A stretch of DNA of 64,000 nt from positions 16,060,001 through 16,124,000 of the forward strand of contig OZ076409.1 of assembly GCA_964187785.1 (NCBI GenBank), given 5' to 3'. Below the pieces are notes generated by a model. It saw only the letters and a program-made list of their open reading frames with translations. It ran no database searches and was not told the origin of the DNA. Positions 48,643-60,816 of the stretch are shown in pieces (the stretch's first letter is position 1; every line of letters begins with the position of its first letter). The position numbers and the translations under genes are program-made. This stretch comes from Amphiscolops sp. MND2022 (taxonomy: Eukaryota).

Positions 48643-51351
48643 TCAAGAAGATGGAGGAGGAAAAAGATAGTTTATTCGCGAATAGATTTTAATTGGTGTA
48701 TCCGTAGTAGAGTTGACAGGATTGTTAATTAAAGTGTCATGTTGAGTAGTTAGATTGTCATTCGAGTGAAAGTTTTTATGAGTATAAATAGGAAGTGGAG
48801 GATGTTGAACAGGAGAGAAAGGAAGTGGAGTCGTTTTATGGTGAGAATTGTGGTGTCGTTTCGGAAAGAAGTTAAATTTAGGAAATTGAATTTTGTTAGG
48901 TCGTTTAGTATAGAAAGGTGGAGGGGAAGTAACATCTGTAGAATGGTTAATTAAATTTGGAGAAGTGTCAATAAAGTTATCTAAGGATTTGGATTTCGAA
49001 AGTGGACTTTTGGGTTTTTTGTTTTGAGTCTCATGGAGGTCACTGACCATTCTTGCTGTAAGAACATTAAAAAAACCATGTGCAATAGAACTAAGTAAAG
49101 TAATATTATTTTTAAGATTATATTTAATGGATATTGTTTTGTAAAGTTTAACAATAAGTGTAAGAGTAGCTTGTACAAAACGAAATGTAGAAAAGTATAT
49201 GCCACATTGTGTAAGAATGTAACAAAGGTATCCAAAAAGTGCAATAAAAGCATCTGAAAACCATGTAGGTGTAAGAAGAGGAGTTAAATTCAAGAGTTTA
49301 ACATGGAGTCCTATGCGTAATGAATTGTAAGGATTACCTGAGTCTTGAGGGGAATCTGCATCGTAATTTGGAGTATTAGATGAAATGAATGAATAACTAA
49401 GAGCTTTGCCTAATAGTTGAAGTGTAGAGTCAGAATGTTTAGAAAATAAGATACGGTTCCAAAATTGATCAAGTTCTGCATTTGAATATATACCAGCATC
49501 TTGGGCTGTAAAAGTATTGGGACGTATTGTAGTTTTGATTTGTGAAGGTGTAAACATTAGTGGAGGTTTACGTTTAATAGGTTCAGGTCCAAGAATGTAA
49601 AAGTCTTGGTCATCTGAGTCAGGATCTAATTCAATAATGTTACGTGGATTATTATCACATGTAATTGGTGTAGCATAATCATAAGTTTGTCTTGTAATTG
49701 GGTCAACGTACATTAAGGTGTCTTTGAAGTGTATAGGTATACGGTCAAAGCATCTATCTGCTTTGTATAAAGGAGATAAAAAATGAGGACAGTCATAAAG
49801 CCAGGCGGTTGAGCCTTCAACGTATAAGAAATTACTTCTATTACCGTTTAAAAGGAAACCAGCAAGTTGAGGGTTTTGTACTGACATTGCGAGTATTGTA
49901 AGGAGTTGGTTTCGTTCTAATTCACATATTGTATGGAGAGTATTTAGTTCTTGTACGGTCATTGATCGGAAAACATGGTTAATAGTGTAGTCTACTTTGG
50001 TGTTTATATGTGCGTCATAATCAATGGTAGCAAAATTGTTGGAGACATTTAATGCAGGGAATACAAATTTATTATTTGAAGTGTCCAATACTATTTTACC
50101 GGAAATATATTCATCAATCATAGAATGAGGATTGGGTTGTCCTGTATGCATATTGAAACCATCGGTGTAGGTAACAAAAAGGTCTGAATATTGTGTAGAA
50201 TAGAGAGGGTCTGGTTTACCACAAAAGGTTTGTGCTGTAGGGAAGACTTCAAATCTTGAAAGACTCGGATTATTTGGATGTTGTGTATGAGGAGCATGAA
50301 CATAAGGATGTTCTGTACCTTTGATACCAGAAGTGGCTTTAGATTTTATTGAGTGTGGTGAATGTACAAAGGAGTCTGTTTCAATCCAATATCTATCTTC
50401 AATTTTAGTCATACGTCCAATAAAGTCCTGTAAGGTAAAAATTAGGCAATAATCGTCATTGAACCAAACAAGAGTGAAAGGAGTTTTTGTTGTGGGTTTA
50501 CAGAAACCATCTGCAAAGTAGCAGGGTAATGTATGTCCATCTATGATCATGTCGTTAGATGTGTCATCATATGTAAGTTCTACTTCAGAAATTTCTAGTC
50601 GCCAACTAACTAAGTTGACTTCGAATTGGTGATGAGCAGGGCAGTTGTGATAAGGGTTTCGAGTAGGGTCATATATCCAGTTTTTATCAGCAGGCATAAA
50701 TGTAAATGTACCTGTATACATTTTGTTCAGTTGATATACAGTAAAAGGGGTTTGGTATTGTTCTAAACGTTCTTGAAAATAATGGTCTTCTAGGAGTGTA
50801 AAAGTTTTATTATAATGATGGTTATTTAGTATTTTATCATTTGTACCATTTAAATGTCGTATAATGTTTTTACATTCTACTGGATCAAGAGTAACAGGGA
50901 GTGGTAATGTATTATGATTCCATACGGTTCTATCGACACGACGATATTTTACTGAACCTTGAAAGCATATTTTCCTTTCTTTCTTTGCATAAGCAACACA
51001 TTTGAAAGCTTTGATGCGTTTAGCTTTTGCGCGTACATATACACGGGCTTTAACACTTGCATGTTTAATGTCAGAAGGAGCTTCAGTGCATTGTTTTACA
51101 TTAAGTAGATTAAATTGTCTCAAATTGTGTTGTTTTGCACAGTCATAATGAGAAACCATGAGATTTGTAATATTGGGATCGTCTGATGGAAGATAGTTTT
51201 CAGTGTCAGAAGGTGTTATGGGTATAGAGAAGGTGATGTTAAAGAAATGTAAATAGAGTATTAGATTTGTTATGTAAAAGATTGTGTAGGGTTTAAAAGG
51301 ATGTGGTATATTTAAGACCGGAATATGGGTTACAGAAGACAATTTTGCCAT
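48643..51351 (-). CDS. env: Envelope glycoprotein, class III fusogen-like (herpesvirus gB / chuvirus G-like), 902 aa
   Basis: N-terminal signal-like hydrophobic stretch; Cys-rich ectodomain (HYDC...C...AFKC...ICFQG...EC; CELER...NPQLAG...EGSTAWLYDC...CFDRIPI...DPITR...PITC); N-glycosylation sequons; C-terminal TM region and long tail. Confidence 0.8.
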   Translation of the reverse strand: MAKLSSVTHIPVLNIPHPFKPYTIFYITNLILYLHFFNITFSIPITPSDTENYLPSDDPNITNLMVSHYDCAKQHNLRQFNLLNVKQCTEAPSDIKHASVKARVYVRAKAKRIKAFKCVAYAKKERKICFQGSVKYRRVDRTVWNHNTLPLPVTLDPVECKNIIRHLNGTNDKILNNHHYNKTFTLLEDHYFQERLEQYQTPFTVYQLNKMYTGTFTFMPADKNWIYDPTRNPYHNCPAHHQFEVNLVSWRLEISEVELTYDDTSNDMIIDGHTLPCYFADGFCKPTTKTPFTLVWFNDDYCLIFTLQDFIGRMTKIEDRYWIETDSFVHSPHSIKSKATSGIKGTEHPYVHAPHTQHPNNPSLSRFEVFPTAQTFCGKPDPLYSTQYSDLFVTYTDGFNMHTGQPNPHSMIDEYISGKIVLDTSNNKFVFPALNVSNNFATIDYDAHINTKVDYTINHVFRSMTVQELNTLHTICELERNQLLTILAMSVQNPQLAGFLLNGNRSNFLYVEGSTAWLYDCPHFLSPLYKADRCFDRIPIHFKDTLMYVDPITRQTYDYATPITCDNNPRNIIELDPDSDDQDFYILGPEPIKRKPPLMFTPSQIKTTIRPNTFTAQDAGIYSNAELDQFWNRILFSKHSDSTLQLLGKALSYSFISSNTPNYDADSPQDSGNPYNSLRIGLHVKLLNLTPLLTPTWFSDAFIALFGYLCYILTQCGIYFSTFRFVQATLTLIVKLYKTISIKYNLKNNITLLSSIAHGFFNVLTARMVSDLHETQNKKPKSPLSKSKSLDNFIDTSPNLINHSTDVTSPPPFYTKRPNKIQFPKFNFFPKRHHNSHHKTTPLPFSPVQHPPLPIYTHKNFHSNDNLTTQHDTLINNPVNSTTDTPIKIYSRINYLFPPPSS

Positions 51352-52531
51352 ATGTGATAATGGGTATATTCAGATCGCGTTCAAATTCAATATGTACGAC
51401 TTCAAAAGGAGCAGGAGAAATTTTGTGTTCTATTTTAGAAACGTGAAATATTGGGTGTGGATTTAATCCTTGAAATTTGACTTTGACTTCAAATTTAAGT
51501 TCTAGATTTGGTGTCTGAAGACGTTTTAGTTCTGTTTCCTTGCGTTTGTGAGATAAGAGATCGTTGTTATTAATGAAACGTTCTGCAAGAATTGGAAATC
51601 GAGGATGGTTTTGTGGGTCGTAGATGGTTATACCATCGACTCTAAGTGGATAATCAGCAAAATTTGGAGTTGGGGGTCTAGAATGTTCTGCAGTATAGTA
51701 TTCAGGTAGTCTAATATGTGCAGGAACAGGAGTAGGAATTACTACTTGTGAAAAAAGGTCTCCTGATAAAAATGCAGTCTGGGCGTTAGATGAGAGTAAT
51801 GAAGCGGTTTCAATGCCAGAAGTAAAATACGGAGATTGAAAGAGTTCTGAAGATGGTGTGTCAGAGGATAACGGTTGAGAGTGTTGTCGTACAAGTCGTA
51901 ATGCAGAATAGCTAGAGAGAGCGGAAAAATTGAGTGTTGAAGTGTCTGTACTAAGTCTACGTGAGGGGAGATCGCGAAGATTGTATCGATGTTTAGGTAC
52001 AAAAAGTGAACTTGTGTCTTGTGATGGAGCGTAGTCTGAAGTATTGTCTAGGAGATCTGAGAGTGATGTAGAAGGTTTTCGAAGGGGTTTTAATGGGGGA
52101 TAGAGTTTTGAAGAAGTAGTACTGAGTTCTGATGGTAATTTCAATGAAGGTAATTTTGTATATTCAGTATCAGGGATTTGTACAAGATTAAGTTGAGGTT
52201 GCAGTCTAACAGTTTTTATAGCTGTAGGATGTTTGTAAGTTACGTATTGTTCAACACTTTCAGGATTTGGTATGTGTATAATAGGAGTGTTAATAGGAGT
52301 TTGTTGAGTACGAGTGTTTATAGGAATTTCAGTTATAGGTGGTCTATGAAGGAGTGATGAAGAGGCGGTTTCAGAGACGTATGATCTTGGTCTTTTAGAA
52401 GGAGTAGTAGGAGTTACATTACTAGAGTTTGTAGTGTTTGATACTAAAGATTCGGGTGTAGAAGGAAGACTTGGAGCTGATGGAGATATATCAGAGGAAG
52501 AATCCAGGATTGTTGAAATGTTTTCAACAGG
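51293..52531 (-). CDS. ORF2: ~412-codon Ser/Pro/Thr-rich open frame without any ATG, carrying PSAP and LYPPL motifs
   Basis: The ORF-track 283-aa ORF (TTG start) stays open upstream to a TAA at 52532-52534 by manual translation; it overlaps the env start. Confidence 0.7.
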   Translation of the reverse strand, partial: PVENISTILDSSSDISPSAPSLPSTPESLVSNTTNSSNVTPTTPSKRPRSYVSETASSSLLHRPPITEIPINTRTQQTPINTPIIHIPNPESVEQYVTYKHPTAIKTVRLQPQLNLVQIPDTEYTKLPSLKLPSELSTTSSKLYPPLKPLRKPSTSLSDLLDNTSDYAPSQDTSSLFVPKHRYNLRDLPSRRLSTDTSTLNFSALSSYSALRLVRQHSQPLSSDTPSSELFQSPYFTSGIETASLLSSNAQTAFLSGDLFSQVVIPTPVPAHIRLPEYYTAEHSRPPTPNFADYPLRVDGITIYDPQNHPRFPILAERFINNNDLLSHKRKETELKRLQTPNLELKFEVKVKFQGLNPHPIFHVSKIEHKISPAPFEVVHIEFERDLNIPIITYGKIVFCNPYSGLKYTTSF

Positions 52532-52617
52532 TTATCTTTGAGATAACTTGTTATTGGTTATATTTCATTTAACTGGAGTGACTAGTTTTGAGTGAGCCAG
52601 CAGATAGAATGATGGAA

Positions 52618-55600
52618 TTACAGTTGGGAAGGTGTAATAAAAAGTCTATAATCTAATTTGGGTTGTTGTCGTAGTTTATAAGTGGTTTTTGTGGTTCTGT
52701 CAATTAGAGGAGGAAGTGAAGTTGTTTGGTTGTTAGAAGAGTGTCTTGATCTGTCACTAGAGACATTAGTGTGAGGGGTATTAATTATATGTCTATATAA
52801 GGAGTTGTCATTGGTTGAGGAAGTTAAAGACTTGTCATTGGATGTTATAGATGGTGTATTTTGATTGAACGTAATAAATGATGGTGGTGTCACAAATGTT
52901 TGAGAATCTTCTTCAGACAAGGATTCGTCTGAGTTAAACGGAGAAGAATCACTGTTTGCATATCTGGTTGTTTGTGGAATTTGGATTTGAGTTGTGTCTG
53001 AAAAGCGCATAAAATTACGCAAATGTGGATATAAGAGTGGTTCTTTAGGGTAATATGGAATTAAATGATTTCTATGAACGTGTACTGTAGAGCCATCTTG
53101 TGCAAGTAGTTCATATGTAACATCTGATAATCTATCAAGAATTTTGTATGGTCCAATCCGAAGGGGTTTGAGTTTGTCAGAAAAATGAACATGTGTAAAA
53201 TTACGTTTTAAAACAAAGGTACCAATAGGAAGGGGATTACCTTCGTGGTAAGTTTTTGTAATGTATGCGTGTGAATTAATTTTTCGTAGGGTGTTTTCGT
53301 ATACTGTGGAATAAATTTGTAACATAGCAGTTTCTACAGCGAGAAACCATTGGGGAATGGGTTTTGAAAGTGTTTTATAGAAGAATGGGTTTAAATCTGA
53401 TTTATCATAATGAGAGTGTTCAGGAAGTTGAGAACAATAGCGTGAAATACATGTTTTGGAGGTATCGCGGTTAAGGTTTAAATCAAATGTGAGGGGTATT
53501 CTGGGTCTAGTGTGGAAAACAATTTCGTGAGGTGAAACATTGAGTTCTGAAAGTGGTTGTGAATTATGTCCATAAGCGTACATATGGACTTGAAATGCCC
53601 AATCTTTAGGTGTGTCATGTAGGAACATTCGAAGGTGAGTACCAAGATTTCTGTTTTCTACTTCAACAAGGCCATTTGTCCAAGGAGAATAAGCCGTTCT
53701 AGGAGAATGACGAATTCCCATAAGTGTACAAAGGTGTGCCATTTCTTTATTAACATATTCTGATCCACGATCAGTGACAAGGTATATGGGTGGTCCAAAT
53801 TTAATAATCCAATGGTGTAGGAGAGTTTTGATAGCAGTCTTTGCGTTGTTTGATTTGATGGGTACTGTAACAACAAAGTGACTAAAAGCGTCAATTATTA
53901 CGTGTATATAAGATTTGTTGTGAGAAGGAGGATTAATTGGTCCTTTAGTTTCCATTGAAATTCGGTAGTTGAAAGATGGAGCATGTTCTGAAAATGATTG
54001 TGTAGGAGCAGTTTGAATTTTCATATTGAAGTGTTTGTTACGTTGACATTCAATACAGTCATGTATGAAAATGGAAAGCCATTTTTCAAGGAATGGAATG
54101 TAGTAATATTGTTTGAATGTATTATATGTAATTTTCATACCAGTGTGAGAGTGTTCATTGAGTTTGTTAAAGACAGTTTTGAACATGCGAAAAGGAAGAC
54201 ATATACGAATAGTGTCTTGTACAAAATTTGGAGTAGAAGATTGGTTTGTAACAGTAGGATTTGTAATATATAGGCTAATAAGGTTTGTGGATTCGTCAAT
54301 GAAAAGTTGTGAGAATCTTTTGTAGTAGACATGTAAAAATGGAGTACCAGTGATAAGAGGTCTTATAAATTCGGGTTTTTCATTGTTTAATAACCAAGAA
54401 TAAACAGTTCTAAGAACCGGATCTTGGAATTGTTGTTGTTGAAGAGTTTTTATGTCTAATGAATAATCATCTGGAAGAAAAAAACCTTGAAAATAGTTTT
54501 TGTACTTGAAAAATGATGTATCATAGAAAGGTATAATGTGTTGACAATGTGTGAGAGAAGGTAAATTTGGTTGTACATTGATTGCAGAAACAGATTTTTG
54601 TGAGGTAATATGAGTTAATTGGTTAAGAGTAGAAAAATTTTCTGTTTGTAATGTTGTGTCTTGTAGGAAGGAAGAGTCAAATTTTGGAATTCTGGTGTAT
54701 ATATGATCTTCGTCATCGCTTGTAACATCAGTATCATTAAGCAAGAGAGATTGTTGATGAAGGGTTTTATTGTTCTTTTTTGTAGGTGTCTTAAATTTGG
54801 TTTGAAAAGGAGTTACAGATTTGAATGAGAAAGATTGTAACGGTTTTACAACAATGTCATTTCCTTTGTCATTGATGCGAATAGAGAATTGGTCTGTACC
54901 ATAATCAGCGAGAATTGGGTGAGAGTCATGTTTTTGATGAGGTAAAATTTCTTCATGTTTAAATAGGTAATGTACAGGTTTGAGAGTGTTGTCTTGTAAT
55001 AGTGCAAAATCAATTTGTGGTGGAAGTTGTTTGTGTTTTAATTGGTTTAATTGTAATTCAGCTTTTGTGAAGGAGCGACTCAACATATAGGCAACAGAGA
55101 GATTTTTTCCAGGGGTGTGAATTATCTTGAGTTTTGAAAATTTTGTCAATTGCATTTGAGCTCTGTAGAAACGAGGGCTGAGATTACCTTTCTTTGTAAA
55201 ACAATGTAATAAAGGTTTGTGATCAGTGAAAATGTGTATTGGATGGGGAGAACCTATGATAAGAAATTCATAGATTTGAAGTGCGTGTACTATACCAAGG
55301 AGTTCTCTATCAAGTGTGGAGAGTTTTTGTTCTTGTGGGTTAAGTATACTAGAGTTGTACGATATGACTTTCATTTTGTTTTGTTCACTTAACTGGAATA
55401 AGACAGCGCCTAATCCAATAAGGGAAGCGTCAACTGTAATGAAAAATGGATGTTTTGTATTTGGTATTGTTAATTCTGTTTCAGAAGTGAGAGACATTTT
55501 AAGTTTTTGGAAGAGACTTTCGTGTTCATCTGTCCATTTCCAAGGAGTGTTCTCATTTAAAAGATCGTAAAATGGTTTGAGGTTAATATGTAATTTTTCA

Positions 55601-58600
55601 ATAAATTTGGTGTAAAAATTGAGTGCGCCAATGAAACTCATTAGGGCAACTTTGCCAGTTGGAGAAGGGATTTTATGAATAGCTGCAATTTTCGAAAGAA
55701 TTGGTTTAATTGTATTGTAACCAATTTCATGTCCAAGAAATTTGACTTTAAGAAGCATGAAAAAGGATTTTTCAGGAGCTAGTTTAAGATTGTGTTTTGT
55801 ACTAATAAGGTGTAGTTGTTCTATGAGTTGGAACATGTGTTCTTTAGAGTCTGATAAAAGTAATATATCGTCTATATAGACAAGAGCGAAACCTTGTTCT
55901 ATGAGGGTTTAAAAGAAGGTAGACATTTGTTTTGTAAAGAAGTTTGGAAGTCCTTTGAGACCATAAAAGCCTCGGATGAAAGCAAAGAGTTTATCTCCGG
56001 AGGAGAAACTAGTAAGTTTTATAGTGTCTTCGTCAAGAGGTGTATGTGCATAGGCATACATAAGGTCAATAGCGGATTTGTACTTTTTGTTTGCGCGTGC
56101 TAATTGTGGAGCAAGAGGTTCAATAGTCCAAGATTCATCAGATTGTTCTGTATTGGAATTAAGGTGTCGAGCGTCTAATACACATTTTATTGTATCTCCC
56201 TTGGGAATTATAATAAGAGGGTTTAAATAAGTTGTGCCATAAACGGGTTTGTCTTGAGGGGAAGAACCAATTTGTTTGATAATGTTATATTTTTCGAGTT
56301 CTTTGAGAAGTACGTTAAGTTTGTCTCGGTAGTGAATAGGGACTTTGGAAGGACGTTGTGTTATAAGTTGAGCATTTGGTTTAAGTCGTATACGAAAGGG
56401 TGTTGAAATTTTTCCAACATAGTTTTTATGAGTTGCATAACATGTTTTATATTTGAGTAACATATTGCAAAGAGTAATGTATTCTGTATCTGTAAGGTCA
56501 GAAAATTGGAAGTTAAATTTATTAATGAATTTTAAATTTTCAGAAGTGTATGGTAAGGAAGGAAAAATGCGTTTTTCAGAAGTGTGAGAAGTAGGTTGAA
56601 CGTTTTATAAAGGAGAAGTTTGATTTGGAATGTCATCATTTGTCATATAAATTTGATGTAGAGAGAATTGAGGAGGGGGGGTTGTAGGATCATCATATTG
56701 TACAATATAGTTAGTTTGTGGAAGTGGTTCTGTAATATCAGGATGATAAGTATGAGTAACATTATGTATTAAAGTATTAATGTCGTTAACTTGGAAGAAT
56801 TTAGGTTTTTCATTAGTAATTGGAACTTCAATGTATCCAATATGTCCTGTAGGTAGTGTTGCAACATGTTTCGAAGTGTTCTGAATAATAGTTGCACAAA
56901 TGTCTGGTTTGTCATCAGTAAATACTTCAATAAAGTTAAAATTTGTACGAAATTTGGTAGCAAAATAGGTATGAGGTACTGAAGGGAAGAAGTGGTTTTG
57001 TGGTGTAGTTGTAAAATGAAGATTATGATAATTTTTTATTGGAAAGTGTGCGATTTTTGAAGACTTGGGTTTTAGACGTATTTGAGTTTTTGAGTTTATT
57101 CTATAGATGTAAGAGAAATATGGATAATCTTTGGATAGGAGTGTTGTGAACTTTGTATGGTTTGGGTGTGTTTTTGATTGATATTTAAATTCGAGTGTAA
57201 AGTCTTGTATGTTTATGTTTTGTATATTGTCTTCAAAGAATGGTGTTCCAAGGATGTTGTATTTGATATCAGCTACTGCAAAAGGTACTGAAAAGTAACG
57301 GGAGTTTTCATCAATAGTGGTGTTCGAAATTATATTGGCATAATGTAAAATAGGAACTTCAGTTTGGTTTGCAACAGTTAATGTTTTGGAATTTCGAGTT
57401 GGTCCAACATCAGAGGTGTGATTTGATCTGATATCTAGAAGTTTTGTGAGAGTTATATATGTTGGGTAATTTAGTACTGAAATGGAAGCACCGCTATCTA
57501 GAAGAAATGCAATTTCTAATCTAGATGGGTTATCTCTTTGTACTATAATTGATGGTGTATGTACATATAGTGTATAAAACCAACTTGTAGGTGTGACAGC
57601 ATTTGCCATTGCTGTTGGATGGTACATGTGTACTTCAAATTTTATAGGGTCAGTTTGGTCTTGTTGTTGTATCATATTAATTTTATTTTTGGAATTTGAA
57701 TGTGAGCGAGATCTAGAAAATCTAGAGTCTCTTGGTCTTGAAGGTGGTCTATATGAATTTGTGTATTTTGTGAATTTGTTGTCTCTTGAATAGGAGCGTG
57801 ATCTGTATCTAGGACGAGAGTTTTGTCGATATGGGGATCTATAAGAAGATCTGTAAGGAGAACGGTAAGATCGAGAATCACGTTTGTATGTATCATATCT
57901 TGATCTAGAGTAGTGTGGAGGAGTGGTACTTTTGTCATAACGAAATCTATCTCTATCTCGAGATGTAGAACGGTATCGGTTTTGTGGATAATTTCTGTTA
58001 TAAGAGTTGTCTCGTGAGGTACTTCGATTTCGGTATCGATTATCATATTGTTTTGTTCTATCATTGGAAGGAGAACGGAAGTACTGTACAAATGATTTTT
58101 GTGGAGATTTTGATCGAGCATATGCTTCTCGTTTATCTTCATCATCTCGTTGTTTTTTGAAACAAGCAGAAATGGAGTGATTTGTTCTATGGCAGTATGA
58201 GCAGTATTTTTTATAGGCAGGTTTATTTTTGTTATTTGGGTCTTTAGGTTGTGTATACATAAGTTGTTCTTGAGATGAATGATCAAGAGTTTGAGTGTTC
58301 AATTGTTTTGTAATATTATTAATTTCAAGTGCAAGATCGTGTGTTCTGATTTTGTCGTTTGCAATATCTTCGGCGTCAACAAGTTTTACTAATGTATGAA
58401 AAGGGATTGAAGGTTCTAGAACAGTGAAAGTGTGTTTTACTTGTCTTTTATTTGCAAAATCTTTGAGATTCTTTGGAAGTCCTTTTGTGAAGATTTCATT
58501 ACATTTAAGGTTAATAGTGGATGCATTCTCATTACACCAGCCTTTTTCAACCAGTTGTTGAACTTTGAGTGCAAAGTGACGTACTGTTTCATTATCTTTT

Positions 58601-60816
58601 TTAGGTAAATTAAGGGCTTCAACTTGAGCATAGTAGGCGTTCTTTTGTGATGAGAATTGTTTTTTGAAAGCTTGTTCGAAAGCGTGCCAATCATGTTTAT
58701 AGGTGTCGTTTAAACAAATGTACCAGCTGAGTGCTGTACCTGTTAAAGAGCATTGTATGAAAGCCATGCGACGGGCGTGCCAAAATTTATATTCATGTTC
58801 CAATGTAGGTTGTAAACCTAGGGAAAATGTGGCACGTGCTTCAATATGTTGTAAATATTCTTCAGGTGTATAATTGTGATCGAGTCCATCAAAAGGTTTA
58901 ATGGGTTCTGATATAGAGGTAGAAGAATTAATATATGTTGGATGTGACATAGGGTTAGGAGTTATAGTAGTTGGTGGTGTTGTGTTATACGTAGGAATGT
59001 TTGAAATGTTAGTTAAAGAGGTAGTTGAAGTGTTTTGGAAGTGAGGGTTTGTTCTAATTGTTGTTGAAGGAGGATTTGATATATGAAATTGAGAAGTTTG
59101 TAATGTAGGGTTAATTGTATTAGATGTATGTTGAGAAGAGAGAGTATTTAATTGGTTTGGAGTGTTGTAATTTATCTGGGCTTGTTGTGGAGGATTTGGA
59201 TTAGTACTGGTGAGACTGTAAGATAATGGATTAGTTAATATAGGTTGTAATGGAGGTCGAGAAAGATGTCTGGCAGTTGTATAATTAGAGGATGGGTTGG
59301 AATGAATTGTGTTAATATTTAAGGTAGGTTGTGTAGTTTGTACTGGATTAGTTTGAGCTGGAGTATAAGTTGAAGTTTGTATTTCAGAAGATGATGGTGG
59401 AGTTGGTGTGTGAAAATGTACTGTATTAGTATTCTGTGCAATATAGTGTGTATTTGATGAGCTTGGTTGAGGAGAGTTATGGGTGTTGATCTGAGTTGAG
59501 AATTGAGGTGGATCAGGAGGTGGATTATAATTTCGGGGAGATAATATTTGTGTCTGAGAGGGTTGTGTAATATTAGTATTAGAAGTAGATATCATGGAGG
59601 TATTGTCTTGGTTGATATTTGAAGTATTATCTTGACTTTGGTTTGTAATGTCGTTTTGTGTGATATTGTGGGTAGGAATTATTATACGATTTGAATCATC
59701 AGTTATTGTAAGACTTTGTGTATTTTGTACTGTTTCTTCAGAGAATTCTGATGTATTGTGAATTGTATTGGATTCAGAAGGATTTGGTTGTTGTATATCA
59801 GGAGCTTGTAATTGTGGTGAGTATAATAGTTGTTCTTGAGGAGAATCAGGATTGTGAAAAATATTCGCAAAAGCTTCTTGTTCTGAAGATTCTTGTTCTG
59901 ATTGTTCTGATTGTTGTCTTGTATATAAAGGTTCAACACTAGAGGTTTGTTCTTCAGGAGTTGTTTCATGAGAAGTATCAGATGTAGTAAAAGGTCTGTT
60001 ATCTGATGTTTCAGAATGTTCAAGTATAAAGGTAGAATCTAAATTTATTTGTTCAAGATGTGTAACGTTTAATGAAGTGAGATCTCTATAATGTAAATGT
60101 TTGTTTTCGTTTTGTATGATGTAGGGTAAGAGTTCTGTATGGGTCAATATATGAGGGAAGTTAACGTAGGCTTGTTGATCTTTTTGTTCCCAAATTAGTT
60201 GATAGTTAAAGCTGAGAAGCTTAAATAAGAATTGTGTAAAAATTTTGACTTGTGGTATTGTATCATCCGTAAGGATAATGTTGTTAAAGAATCTGTATTG
60301 AAAATGTTTGATTTGTACTATATCTCGTTGTAACCAATAATGAGGATTATTATGTCGTTGTACTTTTGTGTCAAGATCTGGGACTTCGAAATATTCAGAT
60401 CTGTGTTTTAGTTCTTGTAAATGAGAAGGACGATAAAGTGGTGTGTCTTGGTTTTCATTGAATTCGATGAGTTTTTGCATATATGTGTTAAAAACATCTT
60501 GTATAGAAAGTGTAATATTTTTTGGATGTATAGTTCTATGAAATGTTCCAGAGTTTATTCCTTTGACTGGGTTAAAAATAACTTGAAAAGGGGTTTGTGA
60601 TGGTGTTATATCAAGTGTTTTATATCGAATATAATATAGATAAGAATCAGAATGTTCTCGTACTAATGGAATAGTATGTAATATATAAGGTTCTGTTTCA
60701 AATGGTAATGGGTTTGTGTACTGAAAGATAATGTTATTTAGGAAAGGTGTTACATCTTGTATAAGAGATCGATTTTGTCTTTTTTCAGTAGTGAATGTAA
60801 ATGGAGTGGGAATCAT
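52618..60816 (-). pseudogene. Single-frame gag-pro-pol (~2730 codons) with two in-frame TAA codons (56605-56607, 55909-55911)
   Basis: The three ORF-track ORFs share one frame. Capsid-like PFDG...WY...FKKQF; CCHC knuckle CSYCHRTNHSISAC (58162-58203); protease LLDSGAS (~57490); RT VLDARHLN and YIDD (55867-55878); RNase H TVDAS/DRELL/FTDHKPL; IN HSHTG...CIEC, TDRGSE, NGLVE and a GPY module. The order PR-RT-RH-IN is gypsy-type. Confidence 0.95.

Noticed and set aside
56605..56607. TAA between protease and RT as a programmed read-through site
   Set aside because: A second TAA lies inside RT and other lesions exist, so mutation is more parsimonious until a consensus is built.
56780..57110. dUTPase after the protease
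   Set aside because: Only a vague IIQNTS...LPTGHIG resemblance; the conserved dUTPase motifs are not recognisable.
57672..58286. 204-aa alternative-frame ORF and other short ORFs overlapping gag-pol or env
   Set aside because: Shadow frames explained by biased composition and the repetitive RS region.
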